Assembly (NCBI RefSeq): GCF_006345805.1
Contig: NW_021832408.1
Span: 1 to 61,001 of the forward strand
From: Octopus sinensis
Lineage: Eukaryota
Direction of reading: 5' to 3'
DNA length: 61,001 nt
The notes under the pieces are model-generated. The model saw only the letters and a program-made list of their open reading frames with translations, had not been told where the DNA came from and made no database searches. The number at the start of each line of letters is the position of its first letter. The stretch's first letter is position 1. Below are positions 34,706-48,320 of the stretch, piece after piece. A program made the position numbers and the translations under genes.

Positions 34706-35689
34706 GAAGTTACACACTGACTGAGGTTGCAAAACTTAACATTATGGAACCTGTATAAATGTATTTAAGGCACACACTTTAGCCATCTCGCCACGCTTGT
34801 AAATTGCAAAACATAACTATCACTACTATCACATGAAACTGAAGATTGCATGGTTTAATGTATGAAAGTACTAGTTCAATCAGAATGGACATTTAATATT
34901 CTATCATTTCATTATATTATTATAAGATTATAAATAACATGTGAAAATCAGACAAAATAGGAATTCCTTTGACTAATATATTCTTCTATACACAATCACC
35001 CTCGTGTGTGAAGAGAGAAAGAGACACAGACAGAGATGCATAAATTCATTGAACACGTTTTTATATAAGTGTAGTCGTTTGTACTTAGGATGTTTCTTAA
35101 GAAACTACTGAAACTTGTTTGTTTAATCAATTCACGTTTCTTTCTAATTCTAAGACTACAAAAACCAACATTGTGTGATTTCCCTTGGGTTATTTAAAGA
35201 AATTTCTTAGAAAATGCTAACTGCAATGTACGTATTAAAGAAAAAAAAGTTCTTCAGGTTATATATCTTTTATTGGTTTCAGTCATTAAACTGCGGGCAC
35301 CTTCAAGAGTTTTTAGTCGAAGGATTTGACCCAGTGCTTTTTCTCTTGCTTTCTTTTGATGAAGTGCTAAGTTACAGAGTATTTAAACAAACACGCACAC
35401 ACATATAAATATATATATTTTCAAGAAGTCAAATGTTATGACGGTCATAGAGTGCCCATGGTTTTCGCGCTATAAAGCGCTTAGTTTTAAAGGCGACTTG
35501 TCAGACTCAAATTACGCAAGTCGCATATGCTCTCTACAATTAGAGGAAGAAATGAACAACGGTCGGTTGGTTTGTAAACAAAAAATGTACAAGAACTGTC
35601 CGTGGTGCAGACGGGCCTGGGTTATCCTCCTCACATTGGTTCCGGTCGTGGTGATATTCAAACGATTTGAAACGGGCCTATTCAACGAA

Positions 35690-36040
35690 TGGGGAATTCC
35701 AAGTTTGTTGTAGGAAACGATTTTAGAATAAAGGCATTGGCTGAATACTTCTTTCCTGGAGTTTTAGAAGCCCCCTTGATCGAGCGAGTTTTTCAGGATT
35801 CTTACCCTTTTTGTTAAGCAAAATTAACATCCTTTGCTCCTGTTTATATAAGTCTCTTGTTATTCAAGGAGCATCCATTTAATTATGTATGAGGTCCTCC
35901 TCTTCTTTTGAGTGCCATACGTGGTTGGCTAGGGGCGTGATTTTTCGCCTTTCACTTACCTTAAAAGATGACTTGTGGTTGTTCAGACGTCTCAGAAGTT
36001 CCTTGAACAACCGAGGATTTATATAAACGGTAGCAAACTA
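35690..36040 (-). mobile_element. Older PLE remnant (GIY-YIG C-terminal region, different family)
   Basis: Minus strand: RRLNNHKSSFKV...TPLANHVWHSKE... resembles the PLE motif R.NNHKSSF...T.LS.H.W.LK. Heavily decayed. Confidence 0.55.
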
Positions 36041-36185
36041 TGCAGGCAATGTGCAAGTTACTATCCCTTAGGTATTGTTACTTAAGTATTTACCTACAAA
36101 ATCAAGTGCACAAATTATTATTGGTATTAAAGTGAATTTATAATCTGGATATAAAAGCTGGAGGTTTTGAAGCAGTTATTCATAG

Positions 36186-36300
36186 TCATCTGCTTTCTTT
36201 TTGATTTGCCAAAGAGATATTTACATCAGCAGGGCAGATCACCTCTATGACGGTATATACATCGTCTTGTATGCGCCAAACAACAGTGTCCGGGTACGTA
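36186..36300 (-). mobile_element. Short RLE LINE fragment related to 27175-27600
   Basis: PDTVVWRIQDDVYTVIEVICPADVNI matches the PD..V....V.E..CP RLE motif. Confidence 0.6.
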
Positions 36301-36831
36301 TGTGTGTGCATATATATGTATGTATATATGTAGGTAGGTAGATAGGTAGGTAGGTAGGTAGGTAGGTAGGTAGGTAGGTAGGTAGGTAGGTACATGTGTG
36401 TGTATGTAGTATTATAAAGACAATGAGAGAGATGACTATCTGAGCGTGCTTGTTAATTCTTTATTGCGTACCAATAAGTTGAAATTCAAACGGTGTTGAA
36501 CTCTATTATTTTCCTTCCCCGCTTCGCCTTTTATCCCAGATCCTCAGTTTCTTCTCCCTCCTTCTCGTTCTGAGTTTCGACTACATGCTAAATTTTTATA
36601 GGGCCGATTTAGTTAAATTTCATTGTTTATCATGTTTCTGCCTGCCTTTAATTTCTTTTAAATACCCACATCAGGCATATCTATCTACCTACCGACCTAC
36701 CTACCTACCTACCTACCTACCTATCTACCTATCTATCAGTCTCACAATCTATCTCTCAATCTATCTATCTGTCTGTCTATCTATCTATCTATGAACAGGA
36801 TTCCCTGTCACCATACGCTGAACCTGACAGT

Positions 36832-38491
36832 TTGAACGCTACTGACACCACCACCACCACCATCAGCATCGACAACTGCAACAACTACAAAACAAAGGTC
36901 GCAAGGCCAAGCACCGTCACCGCCACCAATGATACCACCATCAACACCGACACCACCACCATGGCAGCTTCTGCTACTACAACTGCTACCTCTGCTAACG
37001 ATACCACTACCTACAACAATAATAAAACCAAGATCACCAGACCAATCACCATCATCGCCACCAAAGACCGTGCCGTCAATACCAATACCACCACTTCAAT
37101 ATCTGCTACTACGACTGCCTCCCTTGCTACAAATACCACCGCCGCCACCAAGAATGACAATAACAACAATAACAACAACAACAACAACAATTCCCTTCAG
37201 CCATTGCTCCCTCCACCACCAACAACTGAAGGAGAGAAAGAAAAAACCGCGACCACCAAACGAATTGCCGAAATTTGCTCAAACGCAGGGGCAAATTATG
37301 CAGACAACTTTCCACCCCTTGCTAGTTGCATAATCAGCAACCATACACCTAATATACCCACAGCCTACACCCCTGCCATCAACACCAACACCACCAGCAG
37401 TAACAACAATAACAAAACAACAACAAACTTCGCCGAGGCGATAAAAGAAAAAAACAATAGTATCGTTTACTGCACAGCAGATAAAAGACACCAAAGCCCT
37501 AATCACCAAAGAAAACGGCAAAGTGCAATTACACATACAACAACACGTACTGGATGACGAAAAAAAGAAAACAATTATATATGAAATAATAAACAACACA
37601 ACTAAAAGTCCAGAAAAAGCAAACACAGACAAAATCGAAAATGCCTACGCCCCATCTGGGGATACAAAGAGTATGTAACTTGGTCGAACAAGTTTGCCCA
37701 CGTACAGGTAGTTTTTCAAAATGAAGAGTTAGCAAAACAATTCTCAACGCTAACTACTTCATTCGGATGAGCTAACAATGACACCCAGTTACCTTGGCCA
37801 GAGGGTAACAAAAGTCATTATCAATAATGTTCCTCAAATAGCAGACACACTATGGATTACATCAGCCACATGCGTCGAAATGGAGGACATAAACATCTTG
37901 CAAATCGCTGTTTCGGAACACAAGAACTGGCTGGGAAAGAGACTGGAGATTCTTCTCCGCATAAACCAAGACGCCATTAACAAAATACCCACCCATATAC
38001 ATCTTGTGGAAGACCACAAGTTGTATGTAGTAGTCGAGGGCAGAAGGCCACGCTACTATATATGCGGCAGTGAAGCACACCTCAAAAAGGAGTGCAAATC
38101 TGCCGCGAAACAACGACAACAACAACAGCAGCCGCAGGAAAAACCAAAAAAGCCAGCATTATTGCCCACACCACAGTATGGACGGCTAATCAAGAAGCTA
38201 TATGTGGAAATGCATGAAAAGCAACAAAGAACACCACCGCCTGCGCCACGAACAGAATCAACACCACCACCAACAACTAAACCAATTCCAGCACCAAGAA
38301 CAACAACGAAGAAGACAAGCACCGAGGATGTAGAAGAGACAATCACCACACCAAACTCCCCAGCACCCCCTCCCCGCACACCACAACAATATCTACAACC
38401 GCACAAACAGACCCAGATGCTTTGCCCTTACACCCTTCTGATTCGTCAGACTTTTCATCTAACGATGAAAGTTCGACAGAATGGCAACTAG
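36832..38491 (+). pseudogene. Tx1/L1-type ORF1 (Thr/Asn-rich N-terminus, gag-like knuckle)
   Basis: TKVIINNVP...LYVVVEGRRPRYYICGSEAHLKKEC (decayed CX2CX4HX4C), followed by a Pro/Thr-rich tail. Confidence 0.8.
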
Positions 38492-38953
38492 CCACCGGGG
38501 GTAAAAGAAAAAGATTAAAAAAACCCAAACAAGAAAATGCAACCTAAGCAGGGAGATATCTGAACCCTTAAAGCTCCTTACACAACCAAACCAGCCCCAA
38601 CACCACAAAAACACACACAATGCTATCAGCGATAGACACCAAAGACTCAAAACTAATGGAGTACATCACAGCCCACACAAACATCTGTGAAGATGACTTC
38701 AAAACTAACAGCCATCCACGCACTACACCACCCAAACACATCAAAATACTACACATCACACAAACACACACCACACACTCAAAGCCCTCTTTCCAAATGC
38801 GGTTGGGGGGTTCCAAAAATATCTCTCACAAAAACTCTATAAAAACCTTCTCCAAGACACATCAAAGGACGAGGAAGCCAAAACTTTCGACACAAGTAAG
38901 TAACTCTCTGTATCCTCCTTTTTATGTTTTAAAGCACACACCTCAATAGAATC

Positions 38954-41900
38954 ATGGTCAAGATTGGTTGTGTGAATGCGCGTGGCTTAGGGTCTCCTTG
39001 GAAACAAGGGTACCTCCTAAATGACATCAAGTCACACGATTTGGGAATCATAGCCATAAGCGAGACAAGACTCCACGAGCCACGGGCCCTAAAGTCCATG
39101 TTTGGCGGACAGTTTAACTTTTATTTTTCTCCCTTTCTGCCGAGGATGGGCGGTAGTGGCACCGCGGTACTTTTTCACAAGAGCCTGGATCTCGAAGTCA
39201 AGACGATATTCGTAGACCCGGAGGGTAGACTGGTCGTTCTGGATGTCGACGGCAGCAATGGGCGCGCTTTTCGACTCGTATCAGTCTACGCACCGCCTTT
39301 AACAGGTCGGCCGGATTTCTTTCGACGTCTAGAAGTATTCCTGGGAACGTCTCGTCCTTTATTTTCAGTGGGGGATTGGAATGCTACCTTGGACGCGCAG
39401 CTAGACTATGTGGGGAGAGACAAAAACAGAAGGGGATGCAAATGCCTCAGAGACCTGCTCAGACGATTCCAACTATCTGACAGGTACCGGATCGACCACC
39501 CAAATGCACCAACATGGGCATGGAGCAACCGCAGCGGGTCATCGAGATCGTATCTACACGGATCACAAATTCGTGACGTGTACGGTAGACCTAGATAAGG
39601 CACATTGACAGGGTCCCGGTTACTGGAAACTGAACGCATCTTTCCCGTCCAGAAAGGTTTTCAGAGACAGAATCAACACGTTAGTAAAAAGGGCTTTAAC
39701 GGGAGCCATCGTCAACAACAAATGGTGGTTCGCCCTCAAGAGAGCAGTAAAAGCGGAAGCAATTAGATATAGCCGTAGATAGAAATAGAGTAGAGGGTGA
39801 GTTAGTTAAGAAGTTAGAAGAGGCAATAAGAAGCGGCATCACATCCGACGTTTTAGCGGCGAGGTTGGCCCTTGACCAACACTTCAACGCCAAACACGAA
39901 GGGTGTGCTGTCAGGGCTAGGATGCGTGCTCTAAGGATGGAAGGTGTTGGAGCCGCGAGGGAGGCCCGGGTGGCGGAGGCGCAGCAGGGCAACAAAGCCA
40001 CCATTCGGTCTCTGGAAGACGAACAAGGGCGCGAATTGCTCGAGCCCAGTAAGATGTGCGAGGCATTTCAGCGGCACATTGCCCGACAGTACGGGATGAG
40101 TGGAGAGCGTGAACGCAGGGTGGACTTCAGTGCCTATCTGCACGGCCTGCCACGACTCTCGGCAAGAGAGGCAGAGTGCTGCGAAGGTGCCATCACGGCG
40201 GCGGAAGTGCGGGACGCATGGCAGAATGCTCGGGAGACAAATCACTGGGTTTGGATGGTCTGCCCTAAGAGTTTTAAAATTGCATGCCAGACTTCTTTGG
40301 AGACGTCTTGGCAGCGATATACTGCAACTGGCAGCAAAACGAGAGCATACCCAGATTTGTGAGTCGAGGAGCCGTAACGCTGCTGATGAAAGATCCAAAC
40401 AAGGGGGACATTATAGATAACTTTAGGCCAATCACTCTGCTCAATGCAGACCTGAAAATTTTGACCAAGGTGTTAGCCAAGAGGTTGGCGCTTGTCATCG
40501 AAAAATGGGTGACAAGGCGCAAACGTGCGCCGTGCCGGGCCGAAGCATCCATGACAACCTCCATCTGATGCGCTACATCATAGATAGAGTAGTTAAGGAA
40601 CCTGGCATGAGTGGGGCCCTGATCAATTTGGATCAATCGAAAGCCTTCGATAGGGTAGACCATCGATACTTGGAGGCAGTCCTGAGAGCGGCTGGTTTCG
40701 GTCCCGTCTTCCGCGGCTGGATAGCTGCTTTGTACAGAGGCATGCGTTCGGTAATTCGCGTAAATGGACATCTATCAAGGCCTTTCCACATTGCACGTTC
40801 GGTCCGTCAGGGATGCCCCCTCTCGTCGCTTCTATACGTATTAATTCTCGAGCCACTACTGCGGAAGCTGGCGACTCTGAGGGGCATCCCGCGAGAATTG
40901 GGATGCGGGACGAGCGTGTCTGCATACGCGGACGACGTCACCGTCATAGTGTCAAGCCACGAACACATCGAGCTGGTCGGCGAGACACTGAAAGACTACG
41001 AAGCGGTGACAGGAGCGAAAATCAACCGGGAAAAGTCAGTGGGTTTGCGGCTGGGCACCTGGAGAAGCAAGCCCATGCCATCCACCAGCACCTCCGTCGT
41101 GGGACGCTGGACGGACGGCCCGGTTGAGTTACTCAGGGTCTGGTTCGGTCCGGATTTCCAAATGGAGAAGAACTGGAACGAGATAACGAGTAGGGTTTGT
41201 CACTCTCGCCCGGCAATGGGCCGAGAGGAAACTGTCCCTAAAAGGTCGGGCGGAGGTGGCGAACACGTACATCGCGTCCATCATCTACTACTGCCTGACA
41301 GTCGTACCTTGTCCTGACCCTACCATCACCAAACTAGAACGCATTCTCTTCCGCTTCTTGTGGAAAGGATGCGTCCTGATTATCAGGCGATCCATTTGCT
41401 GTCAACACCCGTTAAAAGGAGGGCTGGGCATGCCGTGGTTGATGATGCGCAGAAACGCACTGAGACTGCGACATCTCCGGCTCTATGTAGACAACGGTGA
41501 ACAGGTGTGGTCGCCGTTTGTGAGGCACGCTTTCCCGCAGCTCGTCTCCATGACCGAACTGCAGTCGTGGATCAAAAAGAGGCCGAGGAAGGGCGAACCT
41601 ATGGACAACTTCCAGAGATCCCTGTCCTGGCGGTGCTACCGGGAAGCGCTACCCGTTCGGGATAAGCTCTATAGGCATGGCCCGAGAAACACGGGGCCGA
41701 CCTGCCCGAAATGCGGGCAGAGCGACGAAACCGTTCTGCACGCACTCGTGCAGTGTTCAACAATCTCCGACCTGTGGGCTTATGTCGAACGACTGCTGTC
41801 ACGTGTGGGACGTGTCGGTTTATCAGCTGAGTTTATCGTTAATATCATCACGCCTCCTTCCTTCAAACTGGAAGGAAGAGCTATTTTTATCATGCTTGTG

Positions 41901-41985
41901 GCTATGGCGAAAGAATGTATCTGGTGGACGCGCCTGAAAGGATTAGAGACTAATACTTTCCTCTCTGGTCAATCTCTTGTCAACT
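38954..41985 (+). pseudogene. Tx1/L1-type ORF2 (APE, RT, C-terminal CCHC), frameshifted
   Basis: MVKIGCVNARGL...ISETRL...SVYAP...GDWNATL; NFRPITLLNADLKILTK; NLDQSKAFDRVDH; VRQGCPLS; AYADDVTV; CPKCGQSDETVLHALVQC. Confidence 0.95.
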
Positions 41986-42112
41986 TTTTTTGCCTTCCTC
42001 TTTCTTTCCTTTTACGATCCCTTTTGATCGAAAACGAAACCCCCTTTTTATCCCCAAAAGAAAAGCTCTACCTTGTAATTTGTCCCGTCTGTGTGCAGCC
42101 CTGTGTGGCTAA

Positions 42113-42192
<80 letters not shown>

Positions 42193-43823
42193 CATCTCTT
42201 TCTCCCCCTTAGTACATGTGTACCTATGTATGTACGCATTAGGTAGGTGCGTGTGTGCATGTGTATATATGCTGCATGTCTATGAATGTGTGTGTGTGTG
42301 TGTGTGTAACAGTTTTTGTACGGTCGGTTTATACATTACATGTTTCACACACACGCGCGCACATGCCCAAAACAGACAATTTCTGCGCTCGCATTAATAA
42401 TAGAACTTCACCAAAATAGGTCAGTCTAAAAGCAAGTACTTGGCAAGAGAATTCCAGTTTTGCCGCATCAGGTGTGGTTTGTGCTGGTTTGGCGCAATCA
42501 CTTGTTACTAATTATGCATTGTAATGAGGGTATTGCGGCCAAAGTTGGATTTATTTGGTCTTGTTCAGATTAAATAGCAGCAATTGAAGAGAGAAATAAT
42601 TGGCTTCGCGACAACTGCGAATTATTTTTTGTTAAAAATAATCAAGCAATGGCTCCAAATAACATCAGTTTGATAACAATATCATGCATAATTCCAAACA
42701 AGAAGGTCATCGAAACGCAATATTCTGACACCAGCTCCCGCAATAATTTTGATGACTCCTCCCTACTCCGATAACAGTCTTAAAGAGCTTGGTCAGTGTT
42801 AATGACTACACAAACGATATCGTGAACAATAATACAAACACCAACAGCGGCCGCACCCAATAACAAATTTAACAACAGTTTTAACGATAGCTCTTACAAC
42901 ATTGACAACCTCCCACATATATATACACACACACACATACACATAACAGACAACCTTAAACAACTTTAATATCACGCTTAACAGCAGCCCTAGCGGTAGC
43001 TCTTAACATCAACGTCCCCAAAAAATCCGTTTTAAAAACACATTATCGACAGCTTGACAACAAACCTATCAAATGTGCTAAACAACCCGAAACAAGTTGT
43101 AACGACATCTACATCAGTGGGTTTGGCAATAAACCCGGCAGTAAGAGTAGTGATAGCCCCAAACAACAACAACCTCAGGTAATAGGATTAGCACCATCCT
43201 TATCAACAATTGTAATCACGAGGTCAAATGCAACCCGAAATAAAGAGCCCAGACGACACCAACACCAATAAGTGGTTCTCAACCTTTTTAATATCCGGAC
43301 TATATCCAAACTTGGGTTTTTTATCAGGTCGCCACGTCGAAAAAGTAACACAGTTTAAGAAAAACTTATACTCATAGAGGAAGACGATATCTAATCTAGA
43401 TATTGACAGTAAAGGACAATGATAACATTGCGAAAGGGTGCGCTGTAATAGTAGAAAATCGTGAATTCATGAAACAGTGATATTTGTAAAAATTCGTACC
43501 GCATGATATTTGTTTTATAAATTCAAAATGTGCCATGCTGTCGCAATACTTTACTCGTATCGACTCTGAAATGTACAAAATGCGAAGCGATGCGTTGTCA
43601 GTCAGGAGCTGTTAGATCGCTCAATAACTGACGAAAATTCTCTGAAAAATGTCAGAACAGATATCGAAATGTGGTTATAAGGCAAAATATCGAAATAAAA
43701 AATAGGTTGTCTTATCGTCACTACGACCTAAAGAAAGCACTTCAGAGTCATACAAATATGAAAGTGACTTAATCATCTCTTTTCATTATAAAGGCGGCGT
43801 TGGTGATGAATTTGTTCCATGTG

Positions 43824-43901
43824 TTCAAATTATCTAAAAGGGGTTTCATTTCAGATTATCTAAAAGGAGTTTTACTTCAGATTATCTAAAAGGGGATTTT
43901 A
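43824..43901. repeat. 3 x 26-bp minisatellite
   Basis: TTCARATTATCTAAAAGGRG... at 43824, 43850 and 43876. Confidence 0.9.
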
Positions 43902-43954
43902 GTTGAAAGTTCTTAGATGATTGAAAGAAGCAGCAGGGAGGGAGTAGACAAAGA

Positions 43955-44182
43955 CACCTTTTCGTGTTTCAGTCATGAGATTGCGGCCATACTGGGGCAC
44001 CGCCTTGAGGAATTCTTTGTAGAAGAATCGACTCCAATACGACTTTTTCAGGCCTTGTGCTTAAACTAACGGAGTCTTAGATCGAACCACTAAGTTATTC
44101 GAACGTAAACACACTAACTCCGGTTATCAAGCTTGCAGTGGTGGGGGACAAACACGAACACAAACACACACACACACACACA

Positions 44183-44222
<40 letters not shown>

Positions 44223-44385
44223 GCGACGAGCTTCTTTTAGTTTCTGTTCACCAAATCCACTCTCAAGGCTTTGGCCGACCCGGGGCTAAAGCAGAAGACA
44301 CTTTGCTGAGGTGCCGCGCTGTGGGATTGAACCTGGAACCATGTGGTTAAGAAGCAAACATTTTATCACACAACCACTCTTGGCA
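43955..44385 (-). mobile_element. tRNA-derived SINE family A with an internal (TG)n
   Basis: Minus strand: GTGGTTGTGTGATAAAATG...GGTTCAATCCC...GGCCAAAGCCTTGAGAGTGG..., tail GGCGGTGCCCCAGTATGGCCGCAATCTCATGACTGAAAC. Confidence 0.88.
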
Positions 44386-44641
44386 TGGACAGAATAAGAC
44401 GAGAAGCTTGACCAGAACGAACTTGTTCACGAGGTTCTTATCATTGGTGAAGTTTGGCTCAATTAGGAGTCGACTCTTGACCCTCAAACGGCCCCACAGC
44501 CTCAATTTGTCATTGATACGCAGCTGTATTTCTAATTTTGACAAAAAGGTTGGCTCTTGACCTTTGCATTACAGCTGGACACACGTTTCAGCATTTGCGG
44601 AGTATGTGTACGTGTTTGTAGATTATGCATGGATGCATTCG

Positions 44642-44688
<47 letters not shown>

Positions 44689-44690
<2 letters not shown>

Positions 44691-46859
44691 TTCACAAGGA
44701 ATTCTGCGAAGGTGGCAAGAACACTTTGATGAACTTTTGAATCAGCAGTCTGTAGTTAGTGAGGATGTTCTCAATCTCATCCCTGGATTGCCTGTGAAGG
44801 CAGCACTCGCGGAACCACCAAAGCTGGAAGAAGTTGCGATAGATGTCTCAAGGTTGAAAAATGGGAAGTCTCCAGGTATGGATGGCATACATGCAGAGCT
44901 GTTACAGCATGGTGGTGATAAACTTCTGCAGAAACATCATTCTTTGTTTGGTAAGATATGGACTAGTGAATCTGTACCTGAGGACTGGAGAGATGCAGTA
45001 ATGGTGGTCCTGTATAAGGGAAAGGGCAACAGGAATGATTGTGGTAATTATAGAGGAGTATTATTGCTGTCTGCCGTAGGAAAGGTTTTATGCAGGATAT
45101 ATCTGGATCGTCTGCTGAAATACATTGCAGATTGTGTTCTTCCAGAAAGTCAATCTGGCTTTCGTGTGGGAGGTGGCACTGCTGATATGATCTTTTCAGC
45201 TAGACAGCTTCAGGAGAATTGTGTGGAACAGGGTCTGGATTTGCATCAGGTTTTTGTCGATCTGACAAAAGCCTTTGATACCGTCAGTAGAAAAGCATTG
45301 TGAAAAGACCTCCAGAAACATGGGTGTTCTGAAGAGTTCCTTGCTTTGGTTAGGTCTTTTCATGAAGACATGAATGGTAGGGTGAATGTTAGAGGGAAAA
45401 TGTCGGAGCCCATTTCAATACAAAATGGAGTGAAACAAGGGGATATTCTGGAACCGACCCTATTTTCCATATATTTTGCGATGGTGTTCTGTATTGCATT
45501 CAGAAACTGCAGATACAGTGTTTACGTCCATTATCGAACCTCTGGCAGCATATTTAATATCAGGCGCCTTGCTGCAAAAACAAAGGTATTTGCCTCTATC
45601 ATAAGAGACCTTTTGTATGCAGATGACTGTGAGCTAGTAGCACACACAGAGATTGATATGCAACACATTTTGAATGCATTCTCTGATGCTTGCACTGCCT
45701 TAGGATTGACAGTCAATCTCAAGAAAACTGTTGTCATGCATCAACCTGCCCCTGGTAAGCAGTATAGTGTACCAAATATCTATGTGTATGGTAAACGACT
45801 TGATGTAGTTGATCAGTTTGTCTACCTGGGAAGCATTATTAATAGATATAGCAATTTGGATGATGAAATTCCATATAGAATTAGGAAAGCAAGTGTTGCT
45901 TTCGGAAGGCTAGGAAAGCGCCTCTGGAGTCGGCGAGACATATGCAGAAAGACAAAGATAAAGGTGTACAAGGCATGTGTGCTACCTTCTCTTTCTCTAT
46001 GCCTGCGAGACGTGGGTCACATATCGATACCACCTTAAACAACTGGAACGTTTCCATCAAATGTGCCTCAGACGGATCTATGGCATTAAGTGGAAGTACT
46101 GCATCAGTGATCTTGAAATATTGGAAGGCTCTCGGCGTGAAAGTATAAAAGCTCTTGTGTTAAAGCAAAGGCTCAGATGGAGTGGTCATCTGGTCAGGAT
46201 GAAGGATTCAAGGATGCCAAAACAACTCTTTTATGAGAGTTAGCTAAAGGAGAACAACGTCCATATAAACCAAAACAGAGGTATAAAGTCTTGCTGAAGG
46301 CTTCCTTAAGAGATGCTTGCATCTCTCCTGACACATGGGAAGGCATAGCTATTGATCGTAGCAGGTAGAGAAGGGTTGTGCACGAGGGGACAGCCACTTT
46401 TGAGAAATCTCGAGTTGCACATGAAAAAGTAAGGAAGGATGTCAGGAAGGGCATCGCTGTTAACTTCCAGATGAGAAGGGTCTTCCTTTGATGCTGACAT
46501 GCAATATCTGTGCAAGACCCTGCCTCAGTAAAGCTGGACTCAAGAGTCATCTTCGAAGTCATAAAGCCCGACAGATAAGTGACAACATGGCCACTGGTGG
46601 TGGTGTAACACACCATACTAATCATATCTGTCAGGCATGTGGAAGAGAGTGTAATTCGGCAGGAGGACTTAAACGACATGCAAAGGTACATGAAGCCCAG
46701 TTACAACTACAGCCGGCTATTACCGGTAAAGGTTTTAGTTGCCAATTCTGTACAAGACATTGTAGATCTTTAGCTGGGCTAAAAAGTTACATTCGATCAC
46801 AGCACCAGTAACAGTTAAGCTTCGTGCAATGGCCATACTCGATAACGAGGGGGCAGCCA
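44689..46859 (+). mobile_element. RTE-clade LINE, 5'-truncated, with RT and three C-terminal C2H2 fingers (stops and frameshifts)
   Basis: RRWQEHFDELLN...KSPGMDGIHAE...CGNYRGVLLL...PESQSGFR...VDLTKAFDTV; GVKQGDIL; LLYADDC; YACETW; RLRWSGHLVRM. Both flanks are (TATG)n. Confidence 0.95.
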
Positions 46860-47022
46860 TAATAATGTATGTATGTATGTATGTATGTATGTATGTATGT
46901 ATGTATGTATGTATGTATGTATGTATGTATGTATGTATGTATGTATTATATATGTATGTATGTATGTATACATATACGTATATCTGTATATAAATGTATG
47001 TTAACATTCATGTGTATGTATA

Positions 47023-47245
47023 TACACGAGAGGGTGCTGAAAATTTCCTGGCTTTTAGGGTGGCTGAAAGGCCTGGCTGGAGGCCCAACCTTCCGAGTTT
47101 TTTCACAGGGGTTAGAAAAATTGAAGGACGGCTGCAAAATGTGTGTTAATCTGAGAGGGAATATGTTGAATAAAATCAAAATTAACAGATCAACCTGGAT
47201 TTTTTTTCTGCCCAAAGCCAGGAACTTTTCATTCCTACCTCCAAT
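47023..47245 (+). mobile_element. Internally deleted mariner (MITE-like)
   Basis: Imperfect TIRs GAGAGGGTGCTGAAAATTTCCTGGCTTT / AAAGCCAGGAACTTTTCATTCCTACCTC. The interior encodes the mariner C-terminus GLEKLKDGCKMCVNLRG(EYVE*). Confidence 0.8.
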
Positions 47246-47531
47246 ATATATATATATGTTCCCAACTTTGACCCTCCAGAAATCCTTAATTTTATTTTAG
47301 AATTTATGGGAGCAACTGTCTTTGAAGACTCATATTATCGTTGAATGCTCGAAATGAGGAGAAGATAGACAGCCGACAACTGATGAAGGGTCCTTTCTCT
47401 GTGTTTACTTGTCTTGTTTTCCATTTTTTCTCGTTGTTTATGTATTTAACTCATTTGTTTACGAATTTCATGTTATTTGCACCCTTGGTGACGTCCTGCA
47501 CCCATATATGCATCTATCTATCTATCTATCA

Positions 47532-47602
<71 letters not shown>

Positions 47603-47924
47603 GTGGGTGTGCATGTGGATATATATGTATGTGTATGTCACAGTCTGTATACACACAGACACACCCACACACAGTGAGATATGTAATTTCACTGAAACAA
47701 TGGCATTCCGCAGAATCAATTTGTCATCAATATATATATATTTCGACATTTCCTCTCCCCTTCTACCTGCCACCCTGGGGCCCATTGTTAGCTAATGAAC
47801 TTCGACACAAAGCTGAAGAGATAACCATTAATAAAACATCATGTCTGAAACACTGACGGGTACAATCAACCCAGCACTGAAGCACGCATTAAACACCAAC
47901 ACATTCTTACTACAACCTAGACAC

Positions 47925-48320
47925 ACCACCACCATCACCACCACCACTATTACAGCCACCATCATCACCTCCACCACCACCACCATTACAGCCACCATCA
48001 TCACCTCCACCAACATCTGCACCAGCATCATCACCACCATCACCACCACCACCACCACCATCACGGCGATCACCATCATCTGAACCATTACCATGACCAT
48101 CACCATTTCCACCACCGCCATCACCACCAGCGCCGTCACCCCCATCACCATCACCCCCATCACCACCATCGCCACCAACACCACCATCTCCACCGTTATC
48201 ATAACAATCACCATCACCATCTCTACCAGCGTCGTCATCACCACCGTCACCACCACCAATACCACCATCGGCATCGCCCCCACCACCTACTGTCATCACC
48301 ACGACCACCACCACCACTGA
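47925..48320. repeat. Degenerate (CAC/CAT)n trinucleotide tract
   Basis: Directly visible. Confidence 0.9.

Larger units (their letters stand above)
36793..42112 (+). mobile_element. Tx1/L1-clade LINE, near full length, with frameshifts and internal deletions
   Basis: ORF1 with a zinc knuckle, then ORF2 APE-RT-CCHC and a short 3' UTR. Bracketed by (CTAT)n and (TATC)n. Confidence 0.93.

Noticed and set aside
35450-35490. Minus-strand GCGC-TTTATA-GCGC-GAAAACCATGG downstream of a PLE remnant
   Set aside because: The position is suggestive, but the CUGANGA core and the cleavage triplet are both missing.
47828-48320. Gly/Asp-rich, Val/Met-rich and Thr/Ile-rich ORFs
   Set aside because: All are frames of one degenerate (CAC/CAT)n tract.
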